From Bacteroidota bacterium (GTDB taxonomy: Bacteria; Bacteroidota; Bacteroidia; Bacteroidales; CG2-30-32-10): a stretch of DNA of 64,000 nt. The stretch covers positions 2,200 through 66,199 of the forward strand of contig JACAAW010000002.1 of assembly GCA_013377115.1 (NCBI GenBank). Reading direction: 5' to 3'. Below, piece after piece: positions 31,979-42,194 of this stretch (position 1 is the stretch's first letter; the number at the start of each line of letters is the position of its first letter). A model generated the notes under the pieces. The model saw only the letters and a list, made by a program, of their open reading frames with translations, was not told the DNA's origin and searched no databases. The position numbers were made by a program, and so were the translations under genes.

Positions 31979-34900
31979 ATGGATCTTTTAAAACTTATAA
32001 AGAAAATTGAAGATCTTAAGAGATACAAGATTCCTGAGAAGGAAATTGCCGAATTATTAAATTTGGCAAACACAAATTTTGATAATAATTTCAAAGATAA
32101 ATTTCAATCTGATTTCAATTTAGGCAATTATTCTCAAATTTTCAATCTCTTTTCTGAGAATGTTTCGGAAATGCTCTATTTTAAAGACATTAATTTAAAA
32201 TACATTTATTGTAATGTTTCTTTTTCCTCACGATTCTACAATACTGATGATAATAACTTTTTTGGCTTTACAGATAAAGAACTTATTTCTAAGTACCATT
32301 TGCATAAAAACAAACAGTTTCTGAACATATTAAATGCCAACGACATCTCAGTTTTAGAAACAAAAAAACAGGATCATTTTATTGAAGAAATTGACTTAAA
32401 TGAAGTTTCTTTTGTTTTTGAAATTTTTAAAACTCCTGTTTTCGATTCGCAGAACAATTTTATTGGAATAATTGCTTGCATTAAAGATATTTCTCGATTT
32501 CGTTTTAATGAAGATAACGAAAAAAAGAATTTGAAAAACTTGGAATTTCTTTCAAAATCTGCAATGGATTTTGTAGAAATAAATCAAAACGAGAATATTT
32601 ATGATTCTATTTGTGAAAAACTTTCAAGAATTACTGAAAATTGTTTTTTAATAATTAATTCTTATGATCCGGATCGCGAAATAGCCACTGTTCGAGCACT
32701 TCATGGCTTGGGAAAAAATGCTGAATTTATTTTCAATTTACTTGGTTACAACCCAATTGGATTAGAAATAAAATTAGGATCTAGAAACCAGGAAATTTTA
32801 TTTTCCGGGAAATTAGAATTATTTGATGACGGCCTTTATGAAATTTCTGAAAATATTGTTCCAAAAATCATTTCAAATTCAATCGAGACATTTCTTGGTC
32901 TAAAAGAGTTTTATATAATCGGATTTCTAAGAAAAAACGTATTGTTTGGAAGTGCTGTAATTATTACACAAAAAAACACCCCAAAACTTAATAAGCCTTT
33001 AATAGAGACATTTATCAAACAGGCCTCAGTTGCTGTTCAAAGGAAACTTGTTGAAACAGAATTATCAAACGAAAGAAACAGGCTCGAAAAAATTATTGAA
33101 CTTAATCCTTTTTCAATGGTCATTTGCAATGAAAATGGAGAAGTAATAAAATATAACAACGCATACATAGAGCTTTTCGGCGCTCCCCCCAAAAAAAATT
33201 ATAACTGCTTCAATGATGCTTTATTTTTAAATTCCGGATACAAAAATGAACTAGAAAATTTACAAAAAGGAAATACTTTTTTCTTCGATGAATTATTTTT
33301 CAGTCCAAAGTCTTATAATCCAAAATGGACAGAAAAGTCCCTTTATTTAACAGGTGTCGTTTTCCCTATAAAAAGTGAAACTGGCAAAATTCTAAACTTT
33401 GTTCAAATATATGATGATATTACTCTTCGCAAAAACTTTGAACGAAATCTAAAAGAGAAAGAAGAATTATACAGAACACTGGTAGACCAGCTTCCAGACA
33501 TGGTAATAATTCACATTAATGGGAACATTATTTTTGGAAATGCTGCATTTGAAAATATTTTAGGGTATTCGAAAGAAGAGTATATTGGGGAAAATTTCTC
33601 CTTTTTTATTAAAGATAACTTCAAAAAATTAGCTTTTAATAATTTCAAAAAAAGAATAAAAGGTGTGGCTTTTAATGAATATGATCTTGAAATTGTAAAC
33701 AAAAGAAAAGAAGTATTAATTGTTTCTGTTAAAGCTGAAAAAATCAATTATAATAATCAAACAGCAGTATTGACAGTTTTAACCGAAATTACTCAAAGAA
33801 AAAAAGCAGAAGAAGATTTAATAGAAAGCAGGAAAAGATATCAAGATGTAATTGAAAATATTGGCGAAGGAATTGGAGTGGCCGACTATAAAGAGTTCTT
33901 CAAAATGGTAAACCCCGCTGCAGAATCAATTTTTGGAGTTGAAGGAGGTAAGCTTGTTGGGAGAAATTTAAATGAATTCCTTTCCCCTGATCAAAGAATG
34001 CTTGTTGGTTCTCAAACTGATACACGCAAAAAGGGGCAAAAAAGCATCTATGAATTATCTATAATTAGGCCTGATGGAGAAAAAAGAATTATTTCTGTCA
34101 CAGCAACTCCAAGGTTTGACAAAACAGGTGTTTTTATTGGAACATTTGGAATTTTTCATGACATTACAGAACAACTTAAAGTTATTAATGCCCTTACAAA
34201 AAGTGAAGAACATTATAGAGAGCTTTTTGAAAATGCAAATGACATGGTTTTTACTTCTGATTTTGAAGGAAATATCACATCGGCAAATCCAATTGCTGAA
34301 AAAATTCTAGGCTATAAAATAGATTTAGAAAAAGGATTTAATATTAGAAATTTTGTTTCGCCAGAATCTTTCCAAATTGCAATGGAAAAAATAAAACAAA
34401 AATTAGAGAAGAAAAACGATTTTACATCTTACGAAATAACTGCCTTTACAAAAGACGGAGAACAAGTAGTTTTCGAAATAAATAGTTTTTTACGTTTCAA
34501 AGACGGCCTTCCTAATGAAATATTTGGAATCGCAAGAAACATAACCGAACGAAAAATTGCAGAAGAAGCTTTGAGAATTGAAGAAGAAAAATATCGTTTG
34601 CTTTTTGAAGATGCTCCGCTTGGTATTATTACCGTTAATACGAATGGTAAAATTATTGAAGTAAATGAATCTCTCATTAAAATTCTTGCTTCCCCTTCAG
34701 CAGAAAAAACAAAGGAAATTAACTTCTTCGAATTTAAACCTCTCATTGATTCAGGAATTACAGAAGACTTTAAAAGCTGCATTCAAAGTGGAATAAATTT
34801 TTCTTCAGAGCGGTCTTATACCACGCTTTGGGGAAAGCCATTAGATTTAAGGATAAATTTAAAACCAATCCGAAATGCTTTAAATGAAATTACAGGAGCA

Positions 34901-35593
34901 CAAGGAACTGTTGAAGATGTTAGTGAACAAAAAAAGGCTCAAGACCAAATAAAGTCTGCTCTTGAAGAAAAAGAAGTTTTATTAAGAGAGGTGCATCATA
35001 GGGTGAAAAATAATATGCAAGTTATTCTTTCATTAATAAATATGCAAAAACTAAGCATTACCGACCTCGATGTTTTAAATAAATTTCGCGAACTACAAGA
35101 AAGGGTAAGAACGATGTCTATGGTTCATGAGGATTTGTATATTTCTGATGATCTTTCAAAAATTGAATTCGGAAATTATCTAATAAATTTAACCAATAAC
35201 CTTTTTAGAGTTTATGGATCAAGGAAAGATATTTTTATTCAATTTGATATTCAGGAAAATATCTTTTTGTCTCTTGATTTTTCTATTCCCTGTGGATTAA
35301 TTGTTAATGAAATACTAAGCAATGCTCTGAAATATGCTTTCCCAGAGAATTTTTCCCAAAAATCTCAAAAAACAATAAGCGTAAAACTTTCTAGCGAATC
35401 TAATGAAATTAAATTGGAAATTTCGGATAACGGAATGGGACTTCCTCCAGATTTTAATTTTTCGAAATCAAAAACAATGGGAATACGCCTTATAAATGTA
35501 CTAGCAAACGATCAACTAAATGGAAAAATAAGCGTTCTAAATAAAAATGGAACTCATTACGAAATCACTTTTCAAACAAAAGAAAATGCATAA
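31979..35593 (+). CDS. cytoplasmic multi-PAS/GAF sensor histidine kinase, HisKA_2 type
   Basis: 1204 aa with repeated PAS blocks, each ending in DIT(E/Q)RK-type linkers. The same transmitter is present: [17 protein letters not shown] ... [12 protein letters not shown] ... DNGMGL. Confidence 0.85.
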   Translation: [1204 protein letters not shown]

Positions 35594-35596
35594 AAA

Positions 35597-35632
35597 AGCC
35601 TGACTCAAAATATTAAGCCAGGCTTTTTTTTA
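35597..35632. terminator. hairpin with flanking A/T runs between convergent genes
   Basis: agcctg (35597..35602) pairs with caggct (35619..35624), followed by a T8 run. The loop is rather long at 16 nt. Confidence 0.45.
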
Positions 35633-35643
35633 ATATCTAGAAA

Positions 35644-36678
35644 TTAAATTTCCCAAGTATCTCCACTATTTAGTAAATCATCAACAGATAATATTGAAGA
35701 ATTCTCTTTTGCGTAAGCAATTTGTTCTACTACCATATCATCATAAGTAGAAAATTTTGCAGAACGTATAACACCAAGTGCTACAGGAAATTCTGGTGGA
35801 TTCATTTTTGCCAACATTAAGTGAATTCCAGGATCTTGTGCATATTGATCATGAACCAAAATGTCTTTTAAAGTAATTCCGTTTTCACCAATTTTTACAA
35901 CTTTTAAACCTGTCGCAGTTAGCATAATACCTTTTTCTTTTTCTTTTCCAAACAACATTGGTTCTCCATTTTTCAAATGAAGTTGATGGTCGTCTCTTAA
36001 ATCTCTTGAAGTAATAGTATTATGCGTTTTATCTGCAAAAATTACACAGTTTTGTAAAATTTCCACTACAGATGTTCCATCATGTTTTGCTGCTTCAAAC
36101 ATTACCTCCGTCATCATTTTAGGGTTCGTATCAGCAACGCGAGCGAAAAAGGTACCTTGTGCACCTAAAATAAGTTCGCCTGGATTAAAAGGTTGTTCTA
36201 TCGTTCCTTGTGGAGATGTTTTTGTAACACTTCCTTGAGGAGTAGTTGGAGAAAATTGTCCTTTGGTTAAACCATAAATCTGGTTATTAAAAAGCATAAT
36301 ATTTAAATCAACATTTCTTCTGATGATATGAATAAAATGATTTCCACCAATTGCCATTGAATCACCATCTCCAGTTGCAATCCAAACACTTAAATGTGGA
36401 TTTGCAATTTTCACACCTGTGGCAATAGCATTTGCTCTACCATGAATTCCGTGGAATCCATAAGTATTAACATAATATGGAAAACGAGAAGAACATCCAA
36501 TACCAGAAACTAAACAAAAATTTTCTTTTTTATATCCGATTTTTGGAAATACATTGGCTACTGAACTTAAAATTGCATGAGCACCGCATCCAGCACACCA
36601 TTTAACCATTTGGTCACTAACAAAATCTTCTTTTGTTAATGGAACACTTGATCTATCTACAGTTAAATTCTCTTTCAT
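35644..36678 (-). CDS. korB: 2-oxoglutarate/2-oxoacid:ferredoxin oxidoreductase subunit beta (TPP-binding)
   Basis: WCAGCGAHAIL ... GIGCSSRFPYY ... ATGDGDSMAIGGNHF (TPP motif). Confidence 0.9.
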   Translation of the reverse strand: MKENLTVDRSSVPLTKEDFVSDQMVKWCAGCGAHAILSSVANVFPKIGYKKENFCLVSGIGCSSRFPYYVNTYGFHGIHGRANAIATGVKIANPHLSVWIATGDGDSMAIGGNHFIHIIRRNVDLNIMLFNNQIYGLTKGQFSPTTPQGSVTKTSPQGTIEQPFNPGELILGAQGTFFARVADTNPKMMTEVMFEAAKHDGTSVVEILQNCVIFADKTHNTITSRDLRDDHQLHLKNGEPMLFGKEKEKGIMLTATGLKVVKIGENGITLKDILVHDQYAQDPGIHLMLAKMNPPEFPVALGVIRSAKFSTYDDMVVEQIAYAKENSSILSVDDLLNSGDTWEI

Positions 36679-36680
36679 TA

Positions 36681-38528
36681 CTATACCTCCTTTAAAATTT
36701 GGTTAAATTTTTGAGTTAATTCAGAAACAACAAATGGTAAGCCCTGCACTTTGTTATATTGCATGTACTGGTATTGAGGAAATTTCATTCTCAAATAATT
36801 TACCATTTGTCCAGAGTTTAATTCACAAACAAGAATTTTCTTAAATCCTTTGAAAATTTCTGCTGTGTTTTTTGGGAAAGGCATAATATAATTAAAATGT
36901 GTTTGGCTAACTTTTAATCCTTGTTTTTGCATGGCATTAACAGCATCATAAATAGCTCCATGAGTACTACCCCATCCAACAACTAATAAATCACCTTCTT
37001 TTTCGCCGATAATTTCCTGTAAAGGAATAAAGTCTGCAACTTTTTCAACTTTCGCAGCTCTCAAATCAGTCATAATTTGGTGGTTCATAGGATCCATCGA
37101 AACATTTCCAATTCCGTTTTCTTTTTCTAAACCGCCAATTCTATGTCTCAAACCTTCAGTTCCTGGAACAGCCCAACTTCTTACTAAGTTTTCGTCTCTG
37201 TTATATGGTTTGTAATTTGCATCGTTCGCCTTTGCAATAGGAGGAGTAATTGATGGTAAATCTGCAACTTTTGGTATTTTCAATAATTCAGAGCCAAGAC
37301 CCAAGCAACCTTCTGTAAGAAGAATAACAGGAGTCATATGTTCCATAGAAAGTTTTGCTGCTTCATAGGCATAGAAAAAGCAATTTGCTGGAGTAGAAGC
37401 AGCAATGATAATAACTGGAGCTTCACCATTTCTTCCATACAATGCTTGCATTAAATCAGATTGTTCAGATTTGGTTGGCAATCCAGTTGATGGACCACCT
37501 CTTTGAACATTAACAATAACTAAAGGAAGTTCTGTAATAACAGCAAGCCCAATTGCCTCACTTTTTAACGATAAACCAGGACCAGATGTTGTTGTACAGG
37601 CCATTGAACCAGCGAAACTAGCACCAATTGCAGAACAAATACCAGCAATTTCGTCTTCAGCTTGAAAAACCTTAGCTCCTAATGATTTCCACTTAGAAAG
37701 TTCCATTAAAATTTCAGTAGCTGGAGTTATAGGATAAGAACCTAAAAATAATGGTCTTTTTGATTTTTCAGCTGCAGCTAATAAACCCCAAGCAACAGCA
37801 ACGTTTCCGGTAATATTTCTATATCTGCCTTTTTCTAACTTTGCAGCTGGAACCACAAAAGTACTTTTTATAGCTTCAACAGTTTCTGCATAATTAAAGC
37901 CTTCTTTAACCGTAATTTTATTTACTTCGACCAACAATGGTTTTTTCTTGAATTTTATTTCAAGATATTTAAACGTTGATTCTAAGTCTCTATTAAATAA
38001 GTAATAAACAATACCTAACGCGAACATGTTTTTGCTTTTCTCAGCAGTTTTTATGTCAACATTTAATGGTTTTAATCCTTCTTTGGTAAGAGTAGTAATC
38101 GGGGCGCTAATTACATTATAACCATTTAAACTTCCATCACTCAATGGGTTGGTCTTGTAGCCAGCTTTTTCAATGGCTTTTTCATCGAAAATATCATTAT
38201 CGACAATAATTGTTGCACCTAACTTTGCCCATTTAAGATTTGATTTTAAAGAAGCAGGGTTCATTGCAACTAAAACGTCACATAAATCTCCCGAAGTATT
38301 TACTTTTTCTTTCCCAATGTGAACTTGAAACCCAGAAACTCCCGCAATCGTATTGTGTGGAGCCCTAATTTCTGCTGGGTAATCGGGAAATGTAGCTAAA
38401 TCGTTTCCCTCAATTGCTGCCGTATCTGAAAACAAAGTACCGATAAGTTGCATTCCGTCACCAGAATCACCAACAAACTTAACGACTGCGTCTTCTAATT
38501 CTACAACATTGTTCTTATTATTTGCCAT
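36681..38528 (-). CDS. korA: 2-oxoglutarate/2-oxoacid:ferredoxin oxidoreductase subunit alpha
   Basis: FVGDSGDGMQL near the N-terminus and YPITPATEI. The protein is 615 aa and lies 2 nt upstream of korB. Confidence 0.9.
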   Translation of the reverse strand: MANNKNNVVELEDAVVKFVGDSGDGMQLIGTLFSDTAAIEGNDLATFPDYPAEIRAPHNTIAGVSGFQVHIGKEKVNTSGDLCDVLVAMNPASLKSNLKWAKLGATIIVDNDIFDEKAIEKAGYKTNPLSDGSLNGYNVISAPITTLTKEGLKPLNVDIKTAEKSKNMFALGIVYYLFNRDLESTFKYLEIKFKKKPLLVEVNKITVKEGFNYAETVEAIKSTFVVPAAKLEKGRYRNITGNVAVAWGLLAAAEKSKRPLFLGSYPITPATEILMELSKWKSLGAKVFQAEDEIAGICSAIGASFAGSMACTTTSGPGLSLKSEAIGLAVITELPLVIVNVQRGGPSTGLPTKSEQSDLMQALYGRNGEAPVIIIAASTPANCFFYAYEAAKLSMEHMTPVILLTEGCLGLGSELLKIPKVADLPSITPPIAKANDANYKPYNRDENLVRSWAVPGTEGLRHRIGGLEKENGIGNVSMDPMNHQIMTDLRAAKVEKVADFIPLQEIIGEKEGDLLVVGWGSTHGAIYDAVNAMQKQGLKVSQTHFNYIMPFPKNTAEIFKGFKKILVCELNSGQMVNYLRMKFPQYQYMQYNKVQGLPFVVSELTQKFNQILKEV

Positions 38529-38553
38529 AGTTTTAAGTTTTTTAATAACATCG

Positions 38554-38561
38554 CAAAAATA
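38554..38561 (-). promoter_or_regulatory. candidate -7 box TAnnTTTG for korAB
   Basis: The minus strand reads TATTTTTG, 25 nt upstream of the korA ATG. Confidence 0.3.
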
Positions 38562-38746
38562 ATTCTTTTACCGAAAACTTATGGTTTTTTTTTCTTAAAA
38601 ATTACTATTTCTTTTTTCTTAAAAATCTACATATTATTTTTATAGCTAACTAGCTGTTTATCTTGACTTAACAATCGCCAGACTATTTAGTTTCTATTTT
38701 ATTTAAAAAAAAATGAAAAATTTTGTTGAAAATATTACAGATTAAA

Positions 38747-38754
38747 TAAATTTG
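38747..38754 (+). promoter_or_regulatory. candidate -7 box TAnnTTTG for the small ferredoxin
   Basis: TAAATTTG lies 33 nt upstream of the ATG at 38788. Confidence 0.3.
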
Positions 38755-38787
38755 CACAAGAATTATTAACATTTTAAAATTAACACT

Positions 38788-38955
38788 ATGTCATACAAAA
38801 TTACTGACGATTGTACTGCTTGCGGAACTTGCATTGATGAATGTCCAGTTGACGCTATAAAAGAAGGTGAAATCTATTCAATTGATGCTGATGTTTGCAC
38901 TGATTGCGGATCTTGCGCTGATGTTTGTCCTGTTGAAGCAATTCTTCCAGAATAA
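38788..38955 (+). CDS. 2x[4Fe-4S] clostridial-type ferredoxin (55 aa; below the ORF-track size cut-off)
   Basis: MSYKITDDCTACGTCIDECPVDAIKEGEIYSIDADVCTDCGSCADVCPVEAILPE carries two CxxCxxCxxxCP motifs. Confidence 0.85.
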   Translation: MSYKITDDCTACGTCIDECPVDAIKEGEIYSIDADVCTDCGSCADVCPVEAILPE

Positions 38956-39009
38956 TATCAACCTTCACAAAGAATTATTAAGCAATAGCTTAAAATGAGT
39001 ACATGATAA

Positions 39010-39036
39010 AAGCCTACCTTTGAGTAGGCTTTTTTA
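39010..39036 (+). terminator. rho-independent terminator after the small ferredoxin
   Basis: aagcctac / gtaggctt stem followed by a T-run. Confidence 0.6.
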
Positions 39037-39052
39037 TATCTAAAATATTTCT

Positions 39053-39060
39053 TAATTTTG
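39053..39060 (+). promoter_or_regulatory. candidate -7 box TAnnTTTG for the fdx-sucAB unit
   Basis: TAATTTTG lies 21 nt upstream of the ATG at 39082. Confidence 0.3.
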
Positions 39061-39081
39061 TTAAAGAAATTATAATACCCT

Positions 39082-39393
39082 ATGCCAAATATTATTAACG
39101 ATAATTGTATAAGTTGCCATTCATGTATTCCTGTTTGCCCAACCAATGCAATTTATAAAGCAGGTGAAAATTGGTCTTTGGCAGATGGTACAATTTCAAA
39201 AAACAATCAAAAACATTTAGCTTTATCTGGTTCAATAACTTTTATTGTCCCTGAAAAATGCACTGAATGTGTTGGTTCTTTTGATAACCCTATTTGTTCT
39301 GAAGTCTGTCCAGTTAGCGCTAGTGTAATTGACGAAAATTATTTTGAAACCAAAGAACAATTATTAAATAAAAAGAATCAACTTATTGGTTAA
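39082..39393 (+). CDS. 4Fe-4S dicluster ferredoxin-like protein (103 aa)
   Basis: CISCHSCIPVCP, and after an insertion of about 40 aa, CTECVGSFDNPICSEVCP (CxxCx8Cx3CP). Confidence 0.75.
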   Translation: MPNIINDNCISCHSCIPVCPTNAIYKAGENWSLADGTISKNNQKHLALSGSITFIVPEKCTECVGSFDNPICSEVCPVSASVIDENYFETKEQLLNKKNQLIG

Positions 39394-39412
39394 CCTTTAA
39401 CTTTTATAACCA

Positions 39413-42184
39413 ATGGAAAACTATTCATACCTTGATAGCGTAAACTTATCTGAAATAGAAAATATTTATCAAATTTTTCTAAAAAATCCTGATAATGTTG
39501 AATTTGGCTGGAGGAAATTTTTTGAAGGCTTCGAGTTTGCAAGAACTGATTATAATTCAAACCCGGATAATTTAATCCCAACCGAATTTAATGTAATTAA
39601 TTTAATTAGAGCTTATCGCGAGCGAGGTCATTTGTTTACAAAAACAAATCCTGTTAGAACCAGAAGAACTTATTCCCCAACCTTAGATTTTAAAAATTTT
39701 AATCTAACTGAAAAGAATCTTACCGAAGATTTTTTTTCCGGAGAAGAAATTGGCATCGGAAAATCAAAATTAAACAATATCATTGAATTCCTTCAGCAAA
39801 CATATTGTCAATCTGTTGGGGTTGAATACATGTACATTCGAACCGTTGAAATTGTTGATTGGTTAAAACAAAAAATGGAATCGTGCAAAAACACTCCAAA
39901 TTTTGAAATAAACGAGAAAAAACATATTCTTCAAAAACTTAGCGAAGCTGTCTTTTTTGAGAAATTTTTACATAAAAAATTTCCCGGTCAAAAAAGTTTC
40001 TCATTAGATGGTGCAGAAACTCTTATTCCAGCGCTAGATGGTGTAATTGAAATGGGCTCCGAACTAGGAATTAACGAATTTGTTATTGGAATGGCTCACA
40101 GAGGACGATTAAACGTTCTTGCCAATATACTGCATAAGTCTTATAAAGAGATTTTTAGTGAATTTGAAGGAAAAGAGTACGAAGAAATATTTTTTCTTGG
40201 TGACGTAAAATACCATCTTGGCTATTCATCCGAAACAACAACCAAAAATGGAACAAAAATTAAGCTTAACCTAACTCCAAATCCATCACATCTTGAAACT
40301 GTTGGCCCTGTGGTTGAAGGTATTGTTAAAGCTAAAGCGGAAAATGATTACAATAATAATTTTAACCAAATTGTTCCAATAATAATTCATGGAGATGCCG
40401 CAATTTCTGGGCAAGGACTTATTTATGAAATGGTTCAAATGTCCCAACTAGAAGCCTTTAACAATGGTGGAACTGTCCATTTTGTTATTAATAATCAAAT
40501 TGGATTTACAACAAATTATTTGGATGGTCGATCCAGTGTCTATTGCACTGATGTTGCAAAAACAGTTCAGGTACCAATTTTTCATGTTAACGGTGATGAC
40601 GCAGAAGCTGTTGTTTATGTTGTAAAGTTAGCAATTGAATTCAGACAAAAATTTCATCGCGATGTTTTTATAGATTTACTCTGTTATAGAAAATTTGGTC
40701 ATAACGAAAGTGATGAACCTCGCTTTACTCAACCAACTTTATACAGTTTAATCGAAAAACATCCAAACCCAGAATACATCTATTTTCAAAAATTACTTTC
40801 TGAAAAAATTGTTTCCACAAACGAAGAAAAAGAATTTGAAACTTCAATTAATGAAGTTTTTGAACAAGAATTTGTGGAATCTAAACAAATAAAAAAAGGA
40901 AAAATTACTCCCTTTTTAGAAAATTATTGGACTGATATTAGAAAAGCAAAGGAGGAAGACTTTTCCAATTCCCCAAAAACCGGCATTTCAAAAAATCTTG
41001 CCTTGGAAATTACCAACAGCATAACCTCAATTCCAGAGGGAATTAATCTTTTCAAAAAAATGCAAAAGATAATTCAGGATAGGAAGGATATGGTTTTTTC
41101 CAACGACAGGCTTGATTGGGGAATGTGTGAAGCTCTGGCAATAGGAAGTTTATTGATGGAAAATCATCCAGTTAGATTTTGCGGACAAGACGTGGAAAGA
41201 GGTACTTTTTCTCACAGGCATGCCGTATTGACTATTGAAGACTCAAACAATGAATATACACCATTAAATAATATTTCTAAAAATCAGGCGCAATTAAGCA
41301 TTTATAATTCATTATTATCCGAATATGCTGTTTTAGGTTTTGAATATGGATACGCAATGGTTTTACCAGAAACGCTAACAATTTGGGAAGCACAGTTTGG
41401 TGATTTTGCAAACGGAGCACAAATAATAATTGACCAGTATATATCGAGTGCTGAAGACAAGTGGAAACTTATGAATGGCTTGGTGGTATTACTTCCCCAC
41501 GGTTTTGAAGGTCAAGGTCCAGAACATTCGAGTGCGAGGATGGAAAGATATTTAACGCTTTGTGCTGATAATAATATGCAAGTGGCAAATTGCTCAACTC
41601 CAGCAAACTTTTTCCACATTCTAAGAAGACAAATTCATCGCGAATTTAGAAAACCACTATTTGTTTTCACACCAAAAAGTCTATTAAGATTGCCTTCTTG
41701 CACATCATCTCTAAATGATTTGATTGAAGGTGGTTTTAAAGAAGTAATTGATGACGAATTAGAAAACAAAACCGAAGTCTCAAAACTTGTATTCTGCACC
41801 GGAAAAATCTTCTATGAGCTTTTTGAAGAAAGAAAAAACAGGGAAGATCAAAAAACTGCAATTATCCGAATTGAACAAATTTATCCTTTCCCAGTTAACC
41901 AAATAGAAGAGATTCTATTAAAGTATCCTTCTGCTGATAAATTTATTTGGGTTCAGGAAGAGCCTGAAAATATGGGTGCCTGGCCATTTATCCATGGGGT
42001 ATTCACCCAAAAACCATTAAAAGTAATTTCCCGACCACCAAGTGGCAGTCCGGCAACTGGTTCAAGTAAATTTCACGTAATGCAGCAGAAAAAAATAATA
42101 GAAAAAACTTTTGAAGATTGTGATTGTGTGAATGTTTGCGAAAATTGTAAAATGCTTTGTGTTACAAAATTAATGGACAAATAA
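39413..42184 (+). CDS. sucA: 2-oxoglutarate dehydrogenase E1 component
   Basis: AYRERGHLFTKTNP, GMAHRGRLNVL, HGDAAISGQG, LLPHGFEGQGPEHSSARMERYL and WVQEEPENMGAW are all present. Confidence 0.95.
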   Translation: MENYSYLDSVNLSEIENIYQIFLKNPDNVEFGWRKFFEGFEFARTDYNSNPDNLIPTEFNVINLIRAYRERGHLFTKTNPVRTRRTYSPTLDFKNFNLTEKNLTEDFFSGEEIGIGKSKLNNIIEFLQQTYCQSVGVEYMYIRTVEIVDWLKQKMESCKNTPNFEINEKKHILQKLSEAVFFEKFLHKKFPGQKSFSLDGAETLIPALDGVIEMGSELGINEFVIGMAHRGRLNVLANILHKSYKEIFSEFEGKEYEEIFFLGDVKYHLGYSSETTTKNGTKIKLNLTPNPSHLETVGPVVEGIVKAKAENDYNNNFNQIVPIIIHGDAAISGQGLIYEMVQMSQLEAFNNGGTVHFVINNQIGFTTNYLDGRSSVYCTDVAKTVQVPIFHVNGDDAEAVVYVVKLAIEFRQKFHRDVFIDLLCYRKFGHNESDEPRFTQPTLYSLIEKHPNPEYIYFQKLLSEKIVSTNEEKEFETSINEVFEQEFVESKQIKKGKITPFLENYWTDIRKAKEEDFSNSPKTGISKNLALEITNSITSIPEGINLFKKMQKIIQDRKDMVFSNDRLDWGMCEALAIGSLLMENHPVRFCGQDVERGTFSHRHAVLTIEDSNNEYTPLNNISKNQAQLSIYNSLLSEYAVLGFEYGYAMVLPETLTIWEAQFGDFANGAQIIIDQYISSAEDKWKLMNGLVVLLPHGFEGQGPEHSSARMERYLTLCADNNMQVANCSTPANFFHILRRQIHREFRKPLFVFTPKSLLRLPSCTSSLNDLIEGGFKEVIDDELENKTEVSKLVFCTGKIFYELFEERKNREDQKTAIIRIEQIYPFPVNQIEEILLKYPSADKFIWVQEEPENMGAWPFIHGVFTQKPLKVISRPPSGSPATGSSKFHVMQQKKIIEKTFEDCDCVNVCENCKMLCVTKLMDK

Positions 42185-42194
42185 ATTTTAAATT

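Noticed and set aside
33181-33200. The C6-A8 homopolymer tract (gctccccccaaaaaaaa) inside the 1204-aa kinase gene as a phase-variation switch
   Set aside because: The tracts are short, the reading frame is intact, and there is no supporting evidence of variability.
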